Origin: Rhizobacter sp.
Lineage (GTDB): Bacteria; Pseudomonadota; Gammaproteobacteria; Burkholderiales; Burkholderiaceae_C
Length of the DNA stretch: 64,000 bases
Reading direction: 5' to 3' (one strand)
Assembly: GCA_032229685.1 (NCBI GenBank)
Contig: JAVTWP010000031.1
In this document: positions 41,400-54,158 of the stretch, piece after piece
Layout: every line of letters starts with the position of its first letter
How positions within the stretch are numbered: position 1 is the stretch's first letter
Program-made: the position numbers and the translations under genes
The notes under the pieces: model-generated
What the model was told of the DNA's origin: nothing
What the model saw: the letters and a program-made list of their open reading frames with translations, nothing else
The model's database searches: none

Positions 41400-42167
41400 T
41401 CAGTCGAGCGGTTCGATGCGAACCAGCGCGAGCGAGAGGTTGTCACCTGCGCCGCGTGCACGCTGGCGCGCCTTGGTGACGAGCATTTCGCTCGCTTCGC
41501 GGGGCGGCAGAGCGTGCACGATCGCGCCGATTTCACGCGGCGTGAAGTAGTGCCACAGGCCGTCGCTGCAGGCGAGCACGCAGTCGCCCACTTCGAGCCG
41601 GTCGATGCGGTTGTGCGCCAGCGGTGGGTCCTGGTGAGTGCCCAGGCACCCGGTCAGCAGGTTGGACTGCGGGTGCACATTGGCTTCGTCTTCGGTGATC
41701 GAACCTTCGTCGACGAGGCGCTGCACGTAGGAATGATCGATGCTGCGGCTCACCATGTCGGCGCCGCGAAAGTGGTACACGCGCGAGTCGCCAGCATGCA
41801 CGATGTCACATTCGCGAGAAGGGCTGATGAGAAACGCGGCCACGGTGCTGTGGGGCTCTTCTTCAGCGGTGATCGCGGTCAGCTTGATCATGAGGTGCGA
41901 TTCGAGCACCAGTTGTTTCAGCGTCTCGGCGGCATCGTCGCGGCTCGGCGCATAACGCTCGAACAGTTGATGAGCGGTCAGCAGCACCTGGTCGGCGGCC
42001 TTGCGGCCCCCGCTCTTGCCGCCCATGCCGTCGGCCAGCACGGCGAGCAGGCAGCCAGGGGTGCGGTCGTGCGCGATGATCTCGACCTGGTCTTGCTGGT
42101 AAGCGCGGTCGCCGCGGTGCAGGCCGGTGGTGGCTGAAAGACGGTAACCGAGGCTGGCTGTACTCAT
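41400..42167 (-). CDS. PP2C/PPM-family Ser/Thr protein phosphatase
   Basis: LADGMGG, HAGDSRVY, HSYV, LACSDGLW, GDNLS. Confidence 0.92.
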   Translation of the reverse strand: MSTASLGYRLSATTGLHRGDRAYQQDQVEIIAHDRTPGCLLAVLADGMGGKSGGRKAADQVLLTAHQLFERYAPSRDDAAETLKQLVLESHLMIKLTAITAEEEPHSTVAAFLISPSRECDIVHAGDSRVYHFRGADMVSRSIDHSYVQRLVDEGSITEDEANVHPQSNLLTGCLGTHQDPPLAHNRIDRLEVGDCVLACSDGLWHYFTPREIGAIVHALPPREASEMLVTKARQRARGAGDNLSLALVRIEPLD

Positions 42168-42233
42168 GGTCGAAAACTATAATCTGTCTGCATTCCCGCA
42201 AGGCATTGAAAACCGCTCATAAGTCGCGTGTCG

Positions 42234-42437
42234 ATGGATATCAACCTGCATTCACTGCCGCGCCGGCTGATCGAGTTGCGCATCGAACACGGTGACCTCG
42301 ACAGCCTGATCGACCAGGCCGCAGTGACGGTTCCCGACGACGAACTCACGGTGCGGCGCCTGAAGAAGCGGCGCCTGTTGCTGCGTGACCAGATCGCGCG
42401 GCTCGAAGCGGAGCTCGACCCGCCAGAGCCCGCGTGA
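42234..42437 (+). CDS. Small coiled-coil protein, DUF465 (YdcH-like)
   Basis: LRIEHGDLDSLID...RRLKKRRLLLRDQIARLE pattern; TATAAT at 42178-42183 upstream; GTGA overlap with dinG. Confidence 0.82.
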   Translation: MDINLHSLPRRLIELRIEHGDLDSLIDQAAVTVPDDELTVRRLKKRRLLLRDQIARLEAELDPPEPA

Positions 42438-44410
42438 GTGGCCTGGCCGAGGCGGTGACGGCGGCGTTCGCTCGCGGTGGTGCGCTGGCGAGCGCCGACC
42501 CGGGCCACGTCGAGCGCGACGTGCAACTGCGCATGGCGCTCGGTGTGGCGCAGGCGATCGAAGAGCGCAGCGCGCTCGTCGTCGAAGCCGGCACCGGCGT
42601 GGGCAAGACCTTCGCCTACCTCGTGCCCACCTTGCTCAGCGGCGCGCGTGCGCTGGTCAGCACCGCCACCAAGAGCTTGCAGGACCAGCTTTTCCTGCGC
42701 GACATACCGCGCCTGCGCGAAGCCCTGCAACTGCCGATCACCGTGGCCTTGCTGAAGGGCCGCGGCAGTTACCTCTGCCTGCATCGAATGAACATCGCAC
42801 GCCAGTCGGCCGAGTTGCCCGATCGGTGGGCGGTGCGCACGCTCGCCAAGGTCGAGCAGTGGTCGCATTCGACCGTGAGCGGCGACCTGGCCGAACTCGA
42901 AGGGCTGGACGAGCGCAGCAGCGTGATCCCGCTCGTGACTTCGTCGCGCGAGAACTGCCTGGGCGCTGAGTGCCCCGAGTTCCGCCAGTGCCACGTGGTC
43001 AAGGCGCGGCGCGAGGCGATGGTGGCCGACGTGGTCGTGGTCAACCACCACCTGTTCTTCGCCGACATGGCGTTGCGCGACACCGGCGTGGCCGAGCTGC
43101 TGCCGAGTGTCGACGTGGCCTTGTTCGACGAAGCCCACCAGCTCACCGAGGCCGGTGTGCAGTTTCTCGGCACCACGCTCGGCACGGCACAAGTGATCGA
43201 CTTCGCGCGCGACATGCTCGGCGCCGGCTTGCAGCAGGCGCGCGGGCTGGCGCCCTGGCAAGAACTCAGCGGGGCTTGTGACCGCACGGCGCGTGACCTG
43301 CGCATCGCCGCGGCCGGGCCGCTGCGTGAACTGCGCGGCACGCTCAAGCTGCGCTGGAGCGAGCGTGGCGAGCGCGACGAGTTCGCCGTTGCGCTGGCCG
43401 CCCTGGGCAGCGCTTGCGAGGCCGCACAAGAGGGCCTGAAGCTGGTGGCCGAGATGTCGCCCGACTTCGGCAAGCTGGCCGAGCGCGCCGGGCAGCTCGC
43501 CGCTCTGGCGGCGCAGTTCGGTGCCACCGCCGAAAGCGGCAACGTGCGCTGGATCGATGTGTCGCCGCACCAGGCGCGGCTGGTCGAGTCGCCCCTCGAC
43601 ATCCGCGATGCGTTGCGCGAGCAGATGGCGGCGGCGCCGAAAGCCTGGGTGTTCACCTCGGCCACGCTCGGCGACGACGAGGCGCTTTCATGGTTCACCG
43701 AATCGGCCGGCCTGGGTGACGCGCGCACCTTGCGTCTGGGCAGCCCGTTCGACTACGAAGCCAACGCTCGTCTCTACGTGCCGAGGGCGTTTCCAAAACC
43801 GAACGAGCCAGGCCACCCGGCGGCGGTGGCGCTGCTCGCGGCGCGCTGCGCCCGGGCGCTCGGGGGGCGCAGCTTCGTGCTGACCACCACTTTGCGAGCC
43901 TTGCAGACGATCGGCGAAGCCTTGCGTGCCGAGTTCGAGTCGCAAGGCGATTCGATCCAGGTGCTGATGCAAGGGCAGATCCCGAAGCGCCAGCTGATGC
44001 AGCAGTTTCTTGCGCAGCCGCGCTCGGTGCTGGTCGGCTCGCAAACCTTCTGGGAAGGCATCGACGTGCCGGGCGACGCGCTGCAGTGTGTGCTGATCGA
44101 CAAGCTGCCGTTTCCGCCGCCGAACGATCCGCTCGTCGAAGCGCGGGTCAAACGGCTGGAAGACGAAGGGCGCAACCCGTTCGCAGACTACTTCGTGGCC
44201 GAGGCCGCGGTGTCGCTCAAGCAGGGTGCCGGCCGGCTGATCCGCAGCGAAACCGACCGCGGCCTGCTGGTGGTGTGCGACCCCCGCATGGCGGGCATGA
44301 ACTACGGCAAGCGGCTGCGCCAGGCTTTGCCGCCGATGGCCTTGCTCACGACTGAGGCGCAGGCGCTCGAGTGGTTGTCGACGCTGTCCTCGGAAGCCCT
44401 GCCGTTCTGA
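42434..44410 (+). CDS. DinG/YoaA-family Fe-S DNA helicase
   Basis: EAGTGVGKT, YLC...ENCLGAECPEFRQC Fe-S cysteines, VVNHHL, DEAH, TSATL, WEGIDVPG, KQGAGRLIR. Confidence 0.92.
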   Translation: MSGLAEAVTAAFARGGALASADPGHVERDVQLRMALGVAQAIEERSALVVEAGTGVGKTFAYLVPTLLSGARALVSTATKSLQDQLFLRDIPRLREALQLPITVALLKGRGSYLCLHRMNIARQSAELPDRWAVRTLAKVEQWSHSTVSGDLAELEGLDERSSVIPLVTSSRENCLGAECPEFRQCHVVKARREAMVADVVVVNHHLFFADMALRDTGVAELLPSVDVALFDEAHQLTEAGVQFLGTTLGTAQVIDFARDMLGAGLQQARGLAPWQELSGACDRTARDLRIAAAGPLRELRGTLKLRWSERGERDEFAVALAALGSACEAAQEGLKLVAEMSPDFGKLAERAGQLAALAAQFGATAESGNVRWIDVSPHQARLVESPLDIRDALREQMAAAPKAWVFTSATLGDDEALSWFTESAGLGDARTLRLGSPFDYEANARLYVPRAFPKPNEPGHPAAVALLAARCARALGGRSFVLTTTLRALQTIGEALRAEFESQGDSIQVLMQGQIPKRQLMQQFLAQPRSVLVGSQTFWEGIDVPGDALQCVLIDKLPFPPPNDPLVEARVKRLEDEGRNPFADYFVAEAAVSLKQGAGRLIRSETDRGLLVVCDPRMAGMNYGKRLRQALPPMALLTTEAQALEWLSTLSSEALPF

Positions 44411-44425
44411 GGGCTGGCCCAGGGT

Positions 44426-45238
44426 TCACCAGAACTGCCACCAGGCGCCTTTTTTGGCGCCGCCGATCCCGTCACTGTGCAGGGTGGTGCCGGGGAAGCT
44501 CTTGCGCAGCACCCGGTCGGCGTCGTCGCGCAGCTCGTTCAGGCCGAGCCTGTCGTAGCTCTGGGCCATGATGAAGAGGGCTTCTTCGGCGGCCGGGGAC
44601 TGCTGATACTCCAGCACCACCTGCTGTGCACGATTGATCGCCGCCACGTACGCGCCACGCCGGAAGTAATAACGCGCCACGTGCACTTCATACGCCGCCA
44701 GCGAGTTGACGATGTAGTTCATGCGGACGCGTGAATCGTCGGCGTAGATCGACTGCGGAAACTGGTCGGTGAGGTTCTTGAACGACTGATACGAGTCGCG
44801 CGCAGCCTGCTGATCGCGTTCCGAGAGTTCCTGCCGCGCCAGGTTGCCGAACAGGCCGAGGTTGTCGTTGAAGTTGACGAGGCCTTGCAGGTAGAGCGCG
44901 TAGTCGAGCACCGGGCTGGTGGGGTGCAGCTTGATGAAACGTTCGAGCACCGACAGCGCCTGGGCCTTGTCGGAGTTCTTGTAGTGCATGTAGGCGCGTT
45001 CGATCTGCGCCTGCTGCGCCAGCGCGGTGCCCGAGGCGCGGCCCTCGAGGCGCTCGTAGAGTTTGCCGGCGCGTTCGTAGTTGCCGATGGCCGCCTCTTC
45101 CTTGGCCTCGGCATACAATTTCTCGGCGCTCCATGTGGATTCGACGTCTTTCGGCGTCGTGCCGCAGCCCGCGAGCAAGGCCAGCATCAAGGCCATCACG
45201 GCCAGCACGGGCCGACGCAGCACACTCAACTCATTCAT
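44426..45238 (-). CDS. bamD: Outer membrane protein assembly lipoprotein BamD
   Basis: Lipobox LLAGC, TPR-like helices, LAAYEVHVARYYFRRGAYVAAINRA; divergent from rluD, as in the conserved arrangement. Confidence 0.93.
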   Translation of the reverse strand: MNELSVLRRPVLAVMALMLALLAGCGTTPKDVESTWSAEKLYAEAKEEAAIGNYERAGKLYERLEGRASGTALAQQAQIERAYMHYKNSDKAQALSVLERFIKLHPTSPVLDYALYLQGLVNFNDNLGLFGNLARQELSERDQQAARDSYQSFKNLTDQFPQSIYADDSRVRMNYIVNSLAAYEVHVARYYFRRGAYVAAINRAQQVVLEYQQSPAAEEALFIMAQSYDRLGLNELRDDADRVLRKSFPGTTLHSDGIGGAKKGAWWQFW

Positions 45239-45294
45239 GGGGCTGGAACCAGCGCAAGGCAGCGCTGTCCTGTCTGAAAACGAAGCGCGATTAT

Positions 45295-46296
45295 ATGGTT
45301 GAGCCCCTGTCGAGCCCCGAGAGCCCCGGCGCCGCGCCAGACGAATCCGAAGGCGCCGACACGCCCTGGCTCGAGGAGCCCGAGCGCCGTGAAGCCGCGG
45401 TGCCGCAAGCCCTGCATGGTCAGCGCCTCGACAAGGCCTTGGTGCCGATGGCGAGCGAGTTTTCGCGCACCCACCTGCAGGGGCTGATCGAGCAGGGGCA
45501 CGTGCGGGTCGATGGCGTGGTCGCCAGTTCCGCGTCGCGCAAGGTGCTGGCGGGGCAGATCGTGTCGGTCGAACTCGTGCCTACGGCCGAAAGCCGCGCT
45601 TTCCGGCCCGAGCAGATCGCCCTCGACGTGGTGTTCGAGGACGAGCACCTGATGGTCGTGAACAAGGCCGCCGGCATGGTCGTGCACCCGGCCGCGGGCA
45701 ACTGGTCGGGCACCTTGCTGAACGCGCTGCTGGCCCACCACCGAGGCGCTGCCAGCCTGCCACGTGCCGGCATCGTGCACCGGCTCGACAAGGACACCTC
45801 GGGCCTGATGGTCGTGGGCAAGACCTTGCCCGCCGTGACCGCACTGGTCCGCGCCATCGCAGCGCGCGACGTGCACCGTCGCTACCTGGCGATCGTGCAC
45901 GGCGAGGTCGAGGCGGCGTCGTTCAGCGTCGACGCGCCGATCGGGCGCGACCCGAAGTCGCGCGTCCGCATGGCGGTGCTCGCTTCCGGCAAGCCGGCCC
46001 GAACCGACGTGCAGGTGCTGGCGCGTGGCGAGGGGGTCAGCGCGCTGCGCTGCACGCTGCATACCGGGCGCACACACCAGATCCGCGTGCACCTCGCGTC
46101 GCGCGGGCATGCGCTGGTGGCCGACGCGGTGTACGGTGGCAAACCGGCCTTGGGCCTGCAGCGCCAGGCACTGCACGCGGTGCAGCTCGGCTTCGTGCAC
46201 CCGGCGCGGCCCGGCGACCCCGAAATGCTGTTCGATGCGCCTTTGCCGGCCGACCTGGCGCAAGCCTGGCAACAGGTGGCCGGCGGCTCGCACTGA
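45295..46296 (+). CDS. rluD: 23S rRNA pseudouridine synthase RluD (RluA family)
   Basis: S4 domain RLDKALV...SRTHLQ, VNKAAGMVVHP, GIVHRLDKDTSGL (catalytic Asp), LHTGRTHQIRVH, RQALHA. Confidence 0.92.
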   Translation: MVEPLSSPESPGAAPDESEGADTPWLEEPERREAAVPQALHGQRLDKALVPMASEFSRTHLQGLIEQGHVRVDGVVASSASRKVLAGQIVSVELVPTAESRAFRPEQIALDVVFEDEHLMVVNKAAGMVVHPAAGNWSGTLLNALLAHHRGAASLPRAGIVHRLDKDTSGLMVVGKTLPAVTALVRAIAARDVHRRYLAIVHGEVEAASFSVDAPIGRDPKSRVRMAVLASGKPARTDVQVLARGEGVSALRCTLHTGRTHQIRVHLASRGHALVADAVYGGKPALGLQRQALHAVQLGFVHPARPGDPEMLFDAPLPADLAQAWQQVAGGSH

Positions 46297-46324
46297 GGCG
46301 CCCCGCAACGGGCATCGGGTTGGG

Positions 46325-46592
46325 TACAATGCCGCAGAACCTTCCTGGAACAACAGCCCCGCCCTGCAGCGAGCACTGCACGCGGGCACCCGGTAGTCCA
46401 GTTGAAGCGAGTCGCACTCCTTGGTGCGTCACCATGGGAAGCCGCGAGAAGCGGCACCCAGCCGCCAGCCGAGAAACGCCATGCCCGAGCCACAAGAGCG
46501 GGCCCGTGCCGAGGCTGAAGACAACTTGCTGCCCCGAGAAAACAGCTGAATGTTTGTGCCGCACCGCCCGGCCGAAAATGTGATCAAAGACC
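46325..46592 (+). ncRNA. Candidate structured leader / ncRNA upstream of scpB
   Basis: -10 TACAAT (46325-30) followed by about 260 nt with at least four nested stems and no credible CDS (see finding). Confidence 0.4.
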
Positions 46593-47342
46593 ATGAATAG
46601 TCTGGATGCGAAGCGCGTCCTCGAGACCGCGCTCATCTGTGCGAGCCAGCCGCTGCCGCTGCGTGACATGCGCGTGCTGTTCGCCGACGAACTCGGCCCC
46701 GACACCCTGCGGTCCCTGCTCGACGAACTCACCCGCGAATGGGACGGCCGCGGTGTCGAGCTGGTGGCGCTGGCGACTGGTTGGCGCCTGCAGAGCCGGC
46801 CCGAGATGCGTGAATACCTCGACCGCCTGAACCCCGAAAAGCCGCCCAAGTATTCGCGCGCCGTGATGGAAACGCTCGCGATCATTGCCTACCGCCAGCC
46901 GGTGACGCGCGGTGACATCGAAGACATTCGCGGCGTCACCGTCGCGAGCCAGATCGTCAAGCAGCTCGAAGACCGTGGCTGGGTCGAAGCCATCGGCTAC
47001 CGCGAGTCACCCGGCCGCCCGGCCTTGCTGGCCACGACGAAGCAGTTTCTCGACGACCTCGGCCTCGCCAGCCTCGAGCAGCTGCCGCTGCTGGCCGGTG
47101 GTGGCGCCGATGGCCCGGCGCTGGCGAGTGCGCTGGCCGAGCAGCCGTCGTTGCTCGACCCGCGCCAGCTGCAGATCGAAGAGAGTGCCGAAGACATGTC
47201 TGAGACTGCGCCTCGGAGCTTCGACGCCGAGGAACTCGCGCCGCCTGAACACGCCGAAGACCCGGCCGACGAATCCGTCGGCACCACGACCCCGCCAGAA
47301 GACCCAGCGGCCACCGCCGCCCCCGAGGAACCGCAAGAATGA
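46593..47342 (+). CDS. scpB: SMC-Scp complex subunit ScpB
   Basis: [66 protein letters not shown]; acidic C-terminal tail. Confidence 0.93.
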   Translation: MNSLDAKRVLETALICASQPLPLRDMRVLFADELGPDTLRSLLDELTREWDGRGVELVALATGWRLQSRPEMREYLDRLNPEKPPKYSRAVMETLAIIAYRQPVTRGDIEDIRGVTVASQIVKQLEDRGWVEAIGYRESPGRPALLATTKQFLDDLGLASLEQLPLLAGGGADGPALASALAEQPSLLDPRQLQIEESAEDMSETAPRSFDAEELAPPEHAEDPADESVGTTTPPEDPAATAAPEEPQE

Positions 47343-49318
47343 ACGTCAACCCAGAGTCTTCGGCCGTGCCCGAGTCAGAGGCGCCCGCAGAGGCAGGCGA
47401 GGCAGCCGCCAAGCCGGTGCGACGCCGCCGCGCGGTGAAGGTGACCGACGAAGCGGTGGCAGCGCCGGCCTCGGACGAGGTCGCCGAGGCCCCCGCGGAA
47501 GCGCCCAAGCCCAAGCGGCGCCGGGCGGCGCCCAAGGTCACTGATGCGGCCGCTGAAGTCCCCGTGGCCGGTGACACGCCGCCGATGGCCCGACAGGCTG
47601 ACGATCACGAGCATGGCGTTCCTGTGCCGGCCCCGACGCAAGTCGGCCTCGATGCTGCCGCGCCCGAAGCCGCACCGGGGGATGGCGCACAAACTGCCGA
47701 TGGTGAAGCTCCCTCCGGCGCCCGTGAAGACGGCCCGCGTGGCCGCCGCCGCGGCCGGCGCGACCGCAACCGCGGCGAGGCGCGCGATGCACAAGGCGAG
47801 GGTGAGCCGGCGGCCGAGCCGGTGCAGGCGGGTGCGCTGTTCGCCCAGGTGCTGTCGGGTGAATTCGACGTGGCCGGCGAGGCCCCGGCCGAAGCGATCG
47901 CGGATGAAGCCGAAGAAGAACCGGGCGCGCCGAAGCGAGTGCTGCAGCCCGAGCCCGAAGCGCCGAAGCTGCACAAGGTGCTGGCGCAGTCGGGCATCGG
48001 CTCGCGCCGCGACATGGAAGCACTGATCGAGGCCGGAGAAGTCACCGTCAACGACGAGGTCGCGCATGTGGGCCAGCGGGTCTCGTTCGGCGACCGCGTC
48101 AAGGTCAAGGGCAAGCAGGTGCGCCTGCGCATCATGCCCTTGCCGCCGCGCATCATCGCGTACCACAAGCCGGTGGGAGAGATCGTCACCAACGACGACC
48201 CGCAGAATCGCCCGACCGTGTTCCGCCGGCTGCCGCGCCTGCAGCAGGGCAAATGGCAGTCGGTGGGCCGGCTCGACATCAACACCGAAGGCCTGCTGCT
48301 GTTCACCAATTCGGGTGAACTCGCGAACCAGCTGATGCACCCGCGCTTCGGCGTCGAACGCGAATACGCGGTGCGCGTGCTGGGTACCCTCAGCGCCGAC
48401 GACAAGGCCCGCCTGCTCGAAGGGGTGGACGTCGAAGGCCAGAAGGCCAGCTTCCGTTCCATCGAAGAAGGCGGCGGCGACGGCGCCAACCACTGGTACC
48501 GCGTCGTCATCACCGAAGGCCGCAACCGTGAAGTGCGCAAGCTCTTCGACACGGTCGGCCTGACCGTCAGCCGCCTGATCCGCATCCGCTACGGCACGGT
48601 GGTGCTGCCGCTGGGCCTGAAGCGCGGTGTCTGGGTCGATCTCGAAGACGGCGACGTGCGCGCGATCCGTCGCCTCGCCAGCGGCGGTGCCGGGCAGGGC
48701 CCGCGTGAAGCGGGTGACCGTGGCGACGAACGTGCTGCCGGTGGCCAGCAAGCGCAGCGCAACGACCGCCAGGGCGGGCGCCAGAACAACAACAACCGGC
48801 GCGACAACCCGCGTGACGGAGGCCCGCGCAACGCGCCGCGTGGCCGCCACCCGGAAGGGCAGCCGCCCGCGCCGTCGATGCAGGCGCACGGTGGCGAACG
48901 CGCGCGTGACTTCGACCGTGACGAGGACTCAGACTTCGACATCGACCCGGCGTCGATCCCGAACCCCCTCGAGCAGACATTCGACAAGCGCTTTGCCACC
49001 AACCCGCGCAGCCCGGTGGGCGGCCGCGGGTTCGGACGTGGCGGCGGCGGCTTCGGTGGCGGCGGCAGCGCCCCGCCGCCCAGCAACAAGAAGGGCCAGA
49101 GCGGCCCGAAGCAACCCGACCCGCTGCAGACCTCGCTGGGCTTCTTCGGTGCCGACGCCTTCCACCGCAAGGGGAACCGGGGCGGTGGCGGTGGCGGTGG
49201 CGGCGGGCGTGGTGGCAACCGGGGTGGTGGCGGCGGCGGTGGTGGTGGCGGATACGGGGGCAGCGGTGGCAATTCCGGCGGCTTCGGTGGTGGTGGCGGC
49301 GGCCGCCGCGGGCGTTGA
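47339..49318 (+). CDS. rluB: RsuA/RluB-family rRNA pseudouridine synthase with long disordered termini
   Basis: S4 domain [29 protein letters not shown] (catalytic Asp), [11 protein letters not shown]; ATGA overlap with scpB. Confidence 0.88.
   Translation: MNVNPESSAVPESEAPAEAGEAAAKPVRRRRAVKVTDEAVAAPASDEVAEAPAEAPKPKRRRAAPKVTDAAAEVPVAGDTPPMARQADDHEHGVPVPAPTQVGLDAAAPEAAPGDGAQTADGEAPSGAREDGPRGRRRGRRDRNRGEARDAQGEGEPAAEPVQAGALFAQVLSGEFDVAGEAPAEAIADEAEEEPGAPKRVLQPEPEAPKLHKVLAQSGIGSRRDMEALIEAGEVTVNDEVAHVGQRVSFGDRVKVKGKQVRLRIMPLPPRIIAYHKPVGEIVTNDDPQNRPTVFRRLPRLQQGKWQSVGRLDINTEGLLLFTNSGELANQLMHPRFGVEREYAVRVLGTLSADDKARLLEGVDVEGQKASFRSIEEGGGDGANHWYRVVITEGRNREVRKLFDTVGLTVSRLIRIRYGTVVLPLGLKRGVWVDLEDGDVRAIRRLASGGAGQGPREAGDRGDERAAGGQQAQRNDRQGGRQNNNNRRDNPRDGGPRNAPRGRHPEGQPPAPSMQAHGGERARDFDRDEDSDFDIDPASIPNPLEQTFDKRFATNPRSPVGGRGFGRGGGGFGGGGSAPPPSNKKGQSGPKQPDPLQTSLGFFGADAFHRKGNRGGGGGGGGGRGGNRGGGGGGGGGGYGGSGGNSGGFGGGGGGRRGR
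49169..49315 (+). repeat. Low-complexity (GGC/GGT)n Gly/Arg-coding tract at the rluB 3' end
   Basis: Encodes [48 protein letters not shown]. Confidence 0.85.
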
Positions 49319-49410
49319 CCAGCCCTTGCGCGCAGTGCGGCCGTCATGGCCGCGTGACACCCGCACGTTACAATCTGAGGCTTTGCAAAACCTAGATTCA
49401 GGAGAAGAAC

Positions 49411-49836
49411 ATGGCGCTCGAACGAACCCTGTCGATCATCAAGCCCGATGCCGTCGCGAAGAACGTGATCGGTCAGATCTATGCCCGCTTTGAAGGCGCC
49501 GGCCTGAAGGTCGTGGCCGCCCGCATGGCGCACCTGTCGCGCGGCGAAGCCGAGGCTTTCTACGCGGTGCACAAGGCACGCCCGTTCTTCAACGATCTGG
49601 TCAGCTTCATGATCTCCGGCCCGGTGATGATCCAGGCGCTCGAAGGCGAAAACGCCATCCTGAAGAACCGCGATCTGATGGGCGCCACCGACCCGAAGAA
49701 GGCCGACAAGGGCACGATCCGCGCCGACTTTGCCGACAGCATCGACGCCAACGCCGTGCACGGTTCCGACGCACCGGAAACGGCCGCGGTCGAGATCGCC
49801 TTCTTCTTCCCCGGCATGAACGTCTACAGCCGCTGA
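49411..49836 (+). CDS. ndk: Nucleoside diphosphate kinase
   Basis: [32 protein letters not shown] (phospho-His). Confidence 0.97.
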   Translation: MALERTLSIIKPDAVAKNVIGQIYARFEGAGLKVVAARMAHLSRGEAEAFYAVHKARPFFNDLVSFMISGPVMIQALEGENAILKNRDLMGATDPKKADKGTIRADFADSIDANAVHGSDAPETAAVEIAFFFPGMNVYSR

Positions 49837-49847
49837 GTGCACGTGCC

Positions 49848-51046
<1,199 letters not shown>

Positions 51047-51050
<4 letters not shown>

Positions 51051-51889
51051 TCGCTTCAAGCCTGGACGCCCGACGCGCTGCCGCGCTCGTGAAAACCGGT
51101 GCCGTGCTGCTGCTTGCCTCGCTGCTGTCGGCCTGTGTGACCACGCGCACTCCGCTGCCCGAGGCGGGCGCCGACGGCACCAGAGACCGCATCACCGCGT
51201 CCGACGAGTCCGACGGGAGCAAGCGCGCGAAAGTGCGCATGGAGCTGGCCGCCGCCTATTTCGGCCGCGGCCAGATGACGACCGCACTCGACCAGGTCAA
51301 GCTCGCGATCATCGCCAACCCGAACCAGAGCGACGCCTACAACCTGCGTGGCCTGATTTACGCCAACCTCGGTGACGACGTGCTGGCAGAAGAGAGCTTT
51401 CGCCGTGCGCTGCAGTTGAACCCGCGCGACGCCGACGTGATGCAGAACTTCGGCTACTACCTGTGCCAGAAGAAGCGTTACCCCGAAGCCAACGCGATGT
51501 TCGAGCAGGCGCTGGCGGTGCCACGTTATCTCGACGCGCCGCGCACGCTGCTGACCCAGGGTGTGTGCCAGGCGCAGGCCGGGCAGTTGCCTCAAGCCGA
51601 AGCGACCTTGCTCAAGTCGTACCAGCTCGACCCGGGCAACCCGTCGACGGCCGTCAATCTCTCAGAAGTGCTCTACCGCCGCGGCGACTACGAACGTGCG
51701 CGCTTCTACGTGCGGCGCGTCAATGCCGTGCCCGAAGTCGCGAACGCGCAGACGCTGTGGCTGGCCGCGCGCATCGAACACCGCTCGGGCAACACGCGTG
51801 CGGCCCAGGATTTCGCCGACCAGCTGCGCGGGCGCTTCCCCGACGCGCGCGAAACCGGCCTGCTCGCCCGAGGCGCCTACGATGAGTGA
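51047..51889 (+). CDS. pilW: Type IV pilus biogenesis/stability TPR lipoprotein PilW (PilF)
   Basis: Lipobox [17 protein letters not shown] repeats, conserved position after rlmN. Confidence 0.85.
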
Positions 51890-52763
51890 ACCGACCGCGG
51901 CCGGTTCGGGCGCAGCACCTGCGGCCACCACGGCCGGTGGGCTGTTGCGCCAGGCGCGCCAGGCGCAGGGCCTGCACATCGCCGCGCTCGCCGCCGCCAT
52001 CAAGGTGTCGCAGCGCAAGCTCGAGCTGCTCGAGTCCGACCAGTACGACCAGTTGCCCGACGCCACGTTCACACGCGCGCTGGCGCAGACCGTGTGCCGC
52101 ACGCTGAAGGTCGATGCCGGCCCGGTGCTGGCGCTGATGCCGCCACCGCGTGGCCACCGCCTCGAAGAGATATCCGAAGGGCTGAACACGCCTTTCCGCG
52201 AACGCCCGGGTCGGCTGGAACCGGGCGAGTGGGTGAGCTTTGCGAGCCCGCTGGTCTGGGTGGCGGGCCTGCTGGTGCTGGCCGCGCTGGCCGTCTACTT
52301 CATGCCCGCTTCCTGGGTGCCGGCGGCGCGCGAGCGCTTGTCGGCCGAAGTCGGTGCGAAAGCTCCCGCGATCGTGTCTGAAGCTGCATCGGCGGCCGTG
52401 ATCACCGCGCCTGTTGCCGCAGCGGCTTCGGCCGTGGTCGAAACGCTGCCGGCACCGGTCGCGCCCGAGGCGGCTGCATCGGCGGTCGCGGGCGACATGC
52501 CGGCCAACCCGCCCGAAGCCGTGCCGGCGGGCGTGCTTCAGGTGCATGCCGACGAACGTTCGTGGGTCGAAGTGACCGATGCGCGCGGCCGCTCTCTCAT
52601 TTCGCGACTGGTCGAAGCTGGCGAAGACGTGGGCCTCGACGGGGTCATGCCGCTGAAGGTCAGAATCGGCAACGCGGGCGCCACGAAGGTGGTGTTCCGT
52701 GGCCAGCCGCTGGAGCTCGGGCCTTTCACCCGGGACAACGTGGCCCGGCTCGATCTCAAGTAA
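51882..52763 (+). CDS. rodZ: RodZ-like cytoskeleton protein (HTH, TM, DUF4115)
   Basis: [13 protein letters not shown]...[13 protein letters not shown], one TM helix, C-terminal SWVEVTDA...VRIGNA. Confidence 0.8.
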   Translation: MSEPTAAGSGAAPAATTAGGLLRQARQAQGLHIAALAAAIKVSQRKLELLESDQYDQLPDATFTRALAQTVCRTLKVDAGPVLALMPPPRGHRLEEISEGLNTPFRERPGRLEPGEWVSFASPLVWVAGLLVLAALAVYFMPASWVPAARERLSAEVGAKAPAIVSEAASAAVITAPVAAAASAVVETLPAPVAPEAAASAVAGDMPANPPEAVPAGVLQVHADERSWVEVTDARGRSLISRLVEAGEDVGLDGVMPLKVRIGNAGATKVVFRGQPLELGPFTRDNVARLDLK

Positions 52764-52777
52764 GGCTTGCCAACGCC

Positions 52778-54088
<1,311 letters not shown>

Positions 54089-54158
54089 GCCACCTGCGCG
54101 AGGTTCCGGCGCCGCCACTGCGTGTGGTGGCGAAGCTCCCCTTCGATCCCGACAGACC

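Noticed and set aside
46320-46583. 87-aa ORF in the rluD-scpB spacer
   Set aside because: It has no SD, a Cys/Pro-rich random-looking composition, atypical codons and no motif. The dense base-pairing is better explained by RNA structure, though a leaderless product is not strictly excluded.
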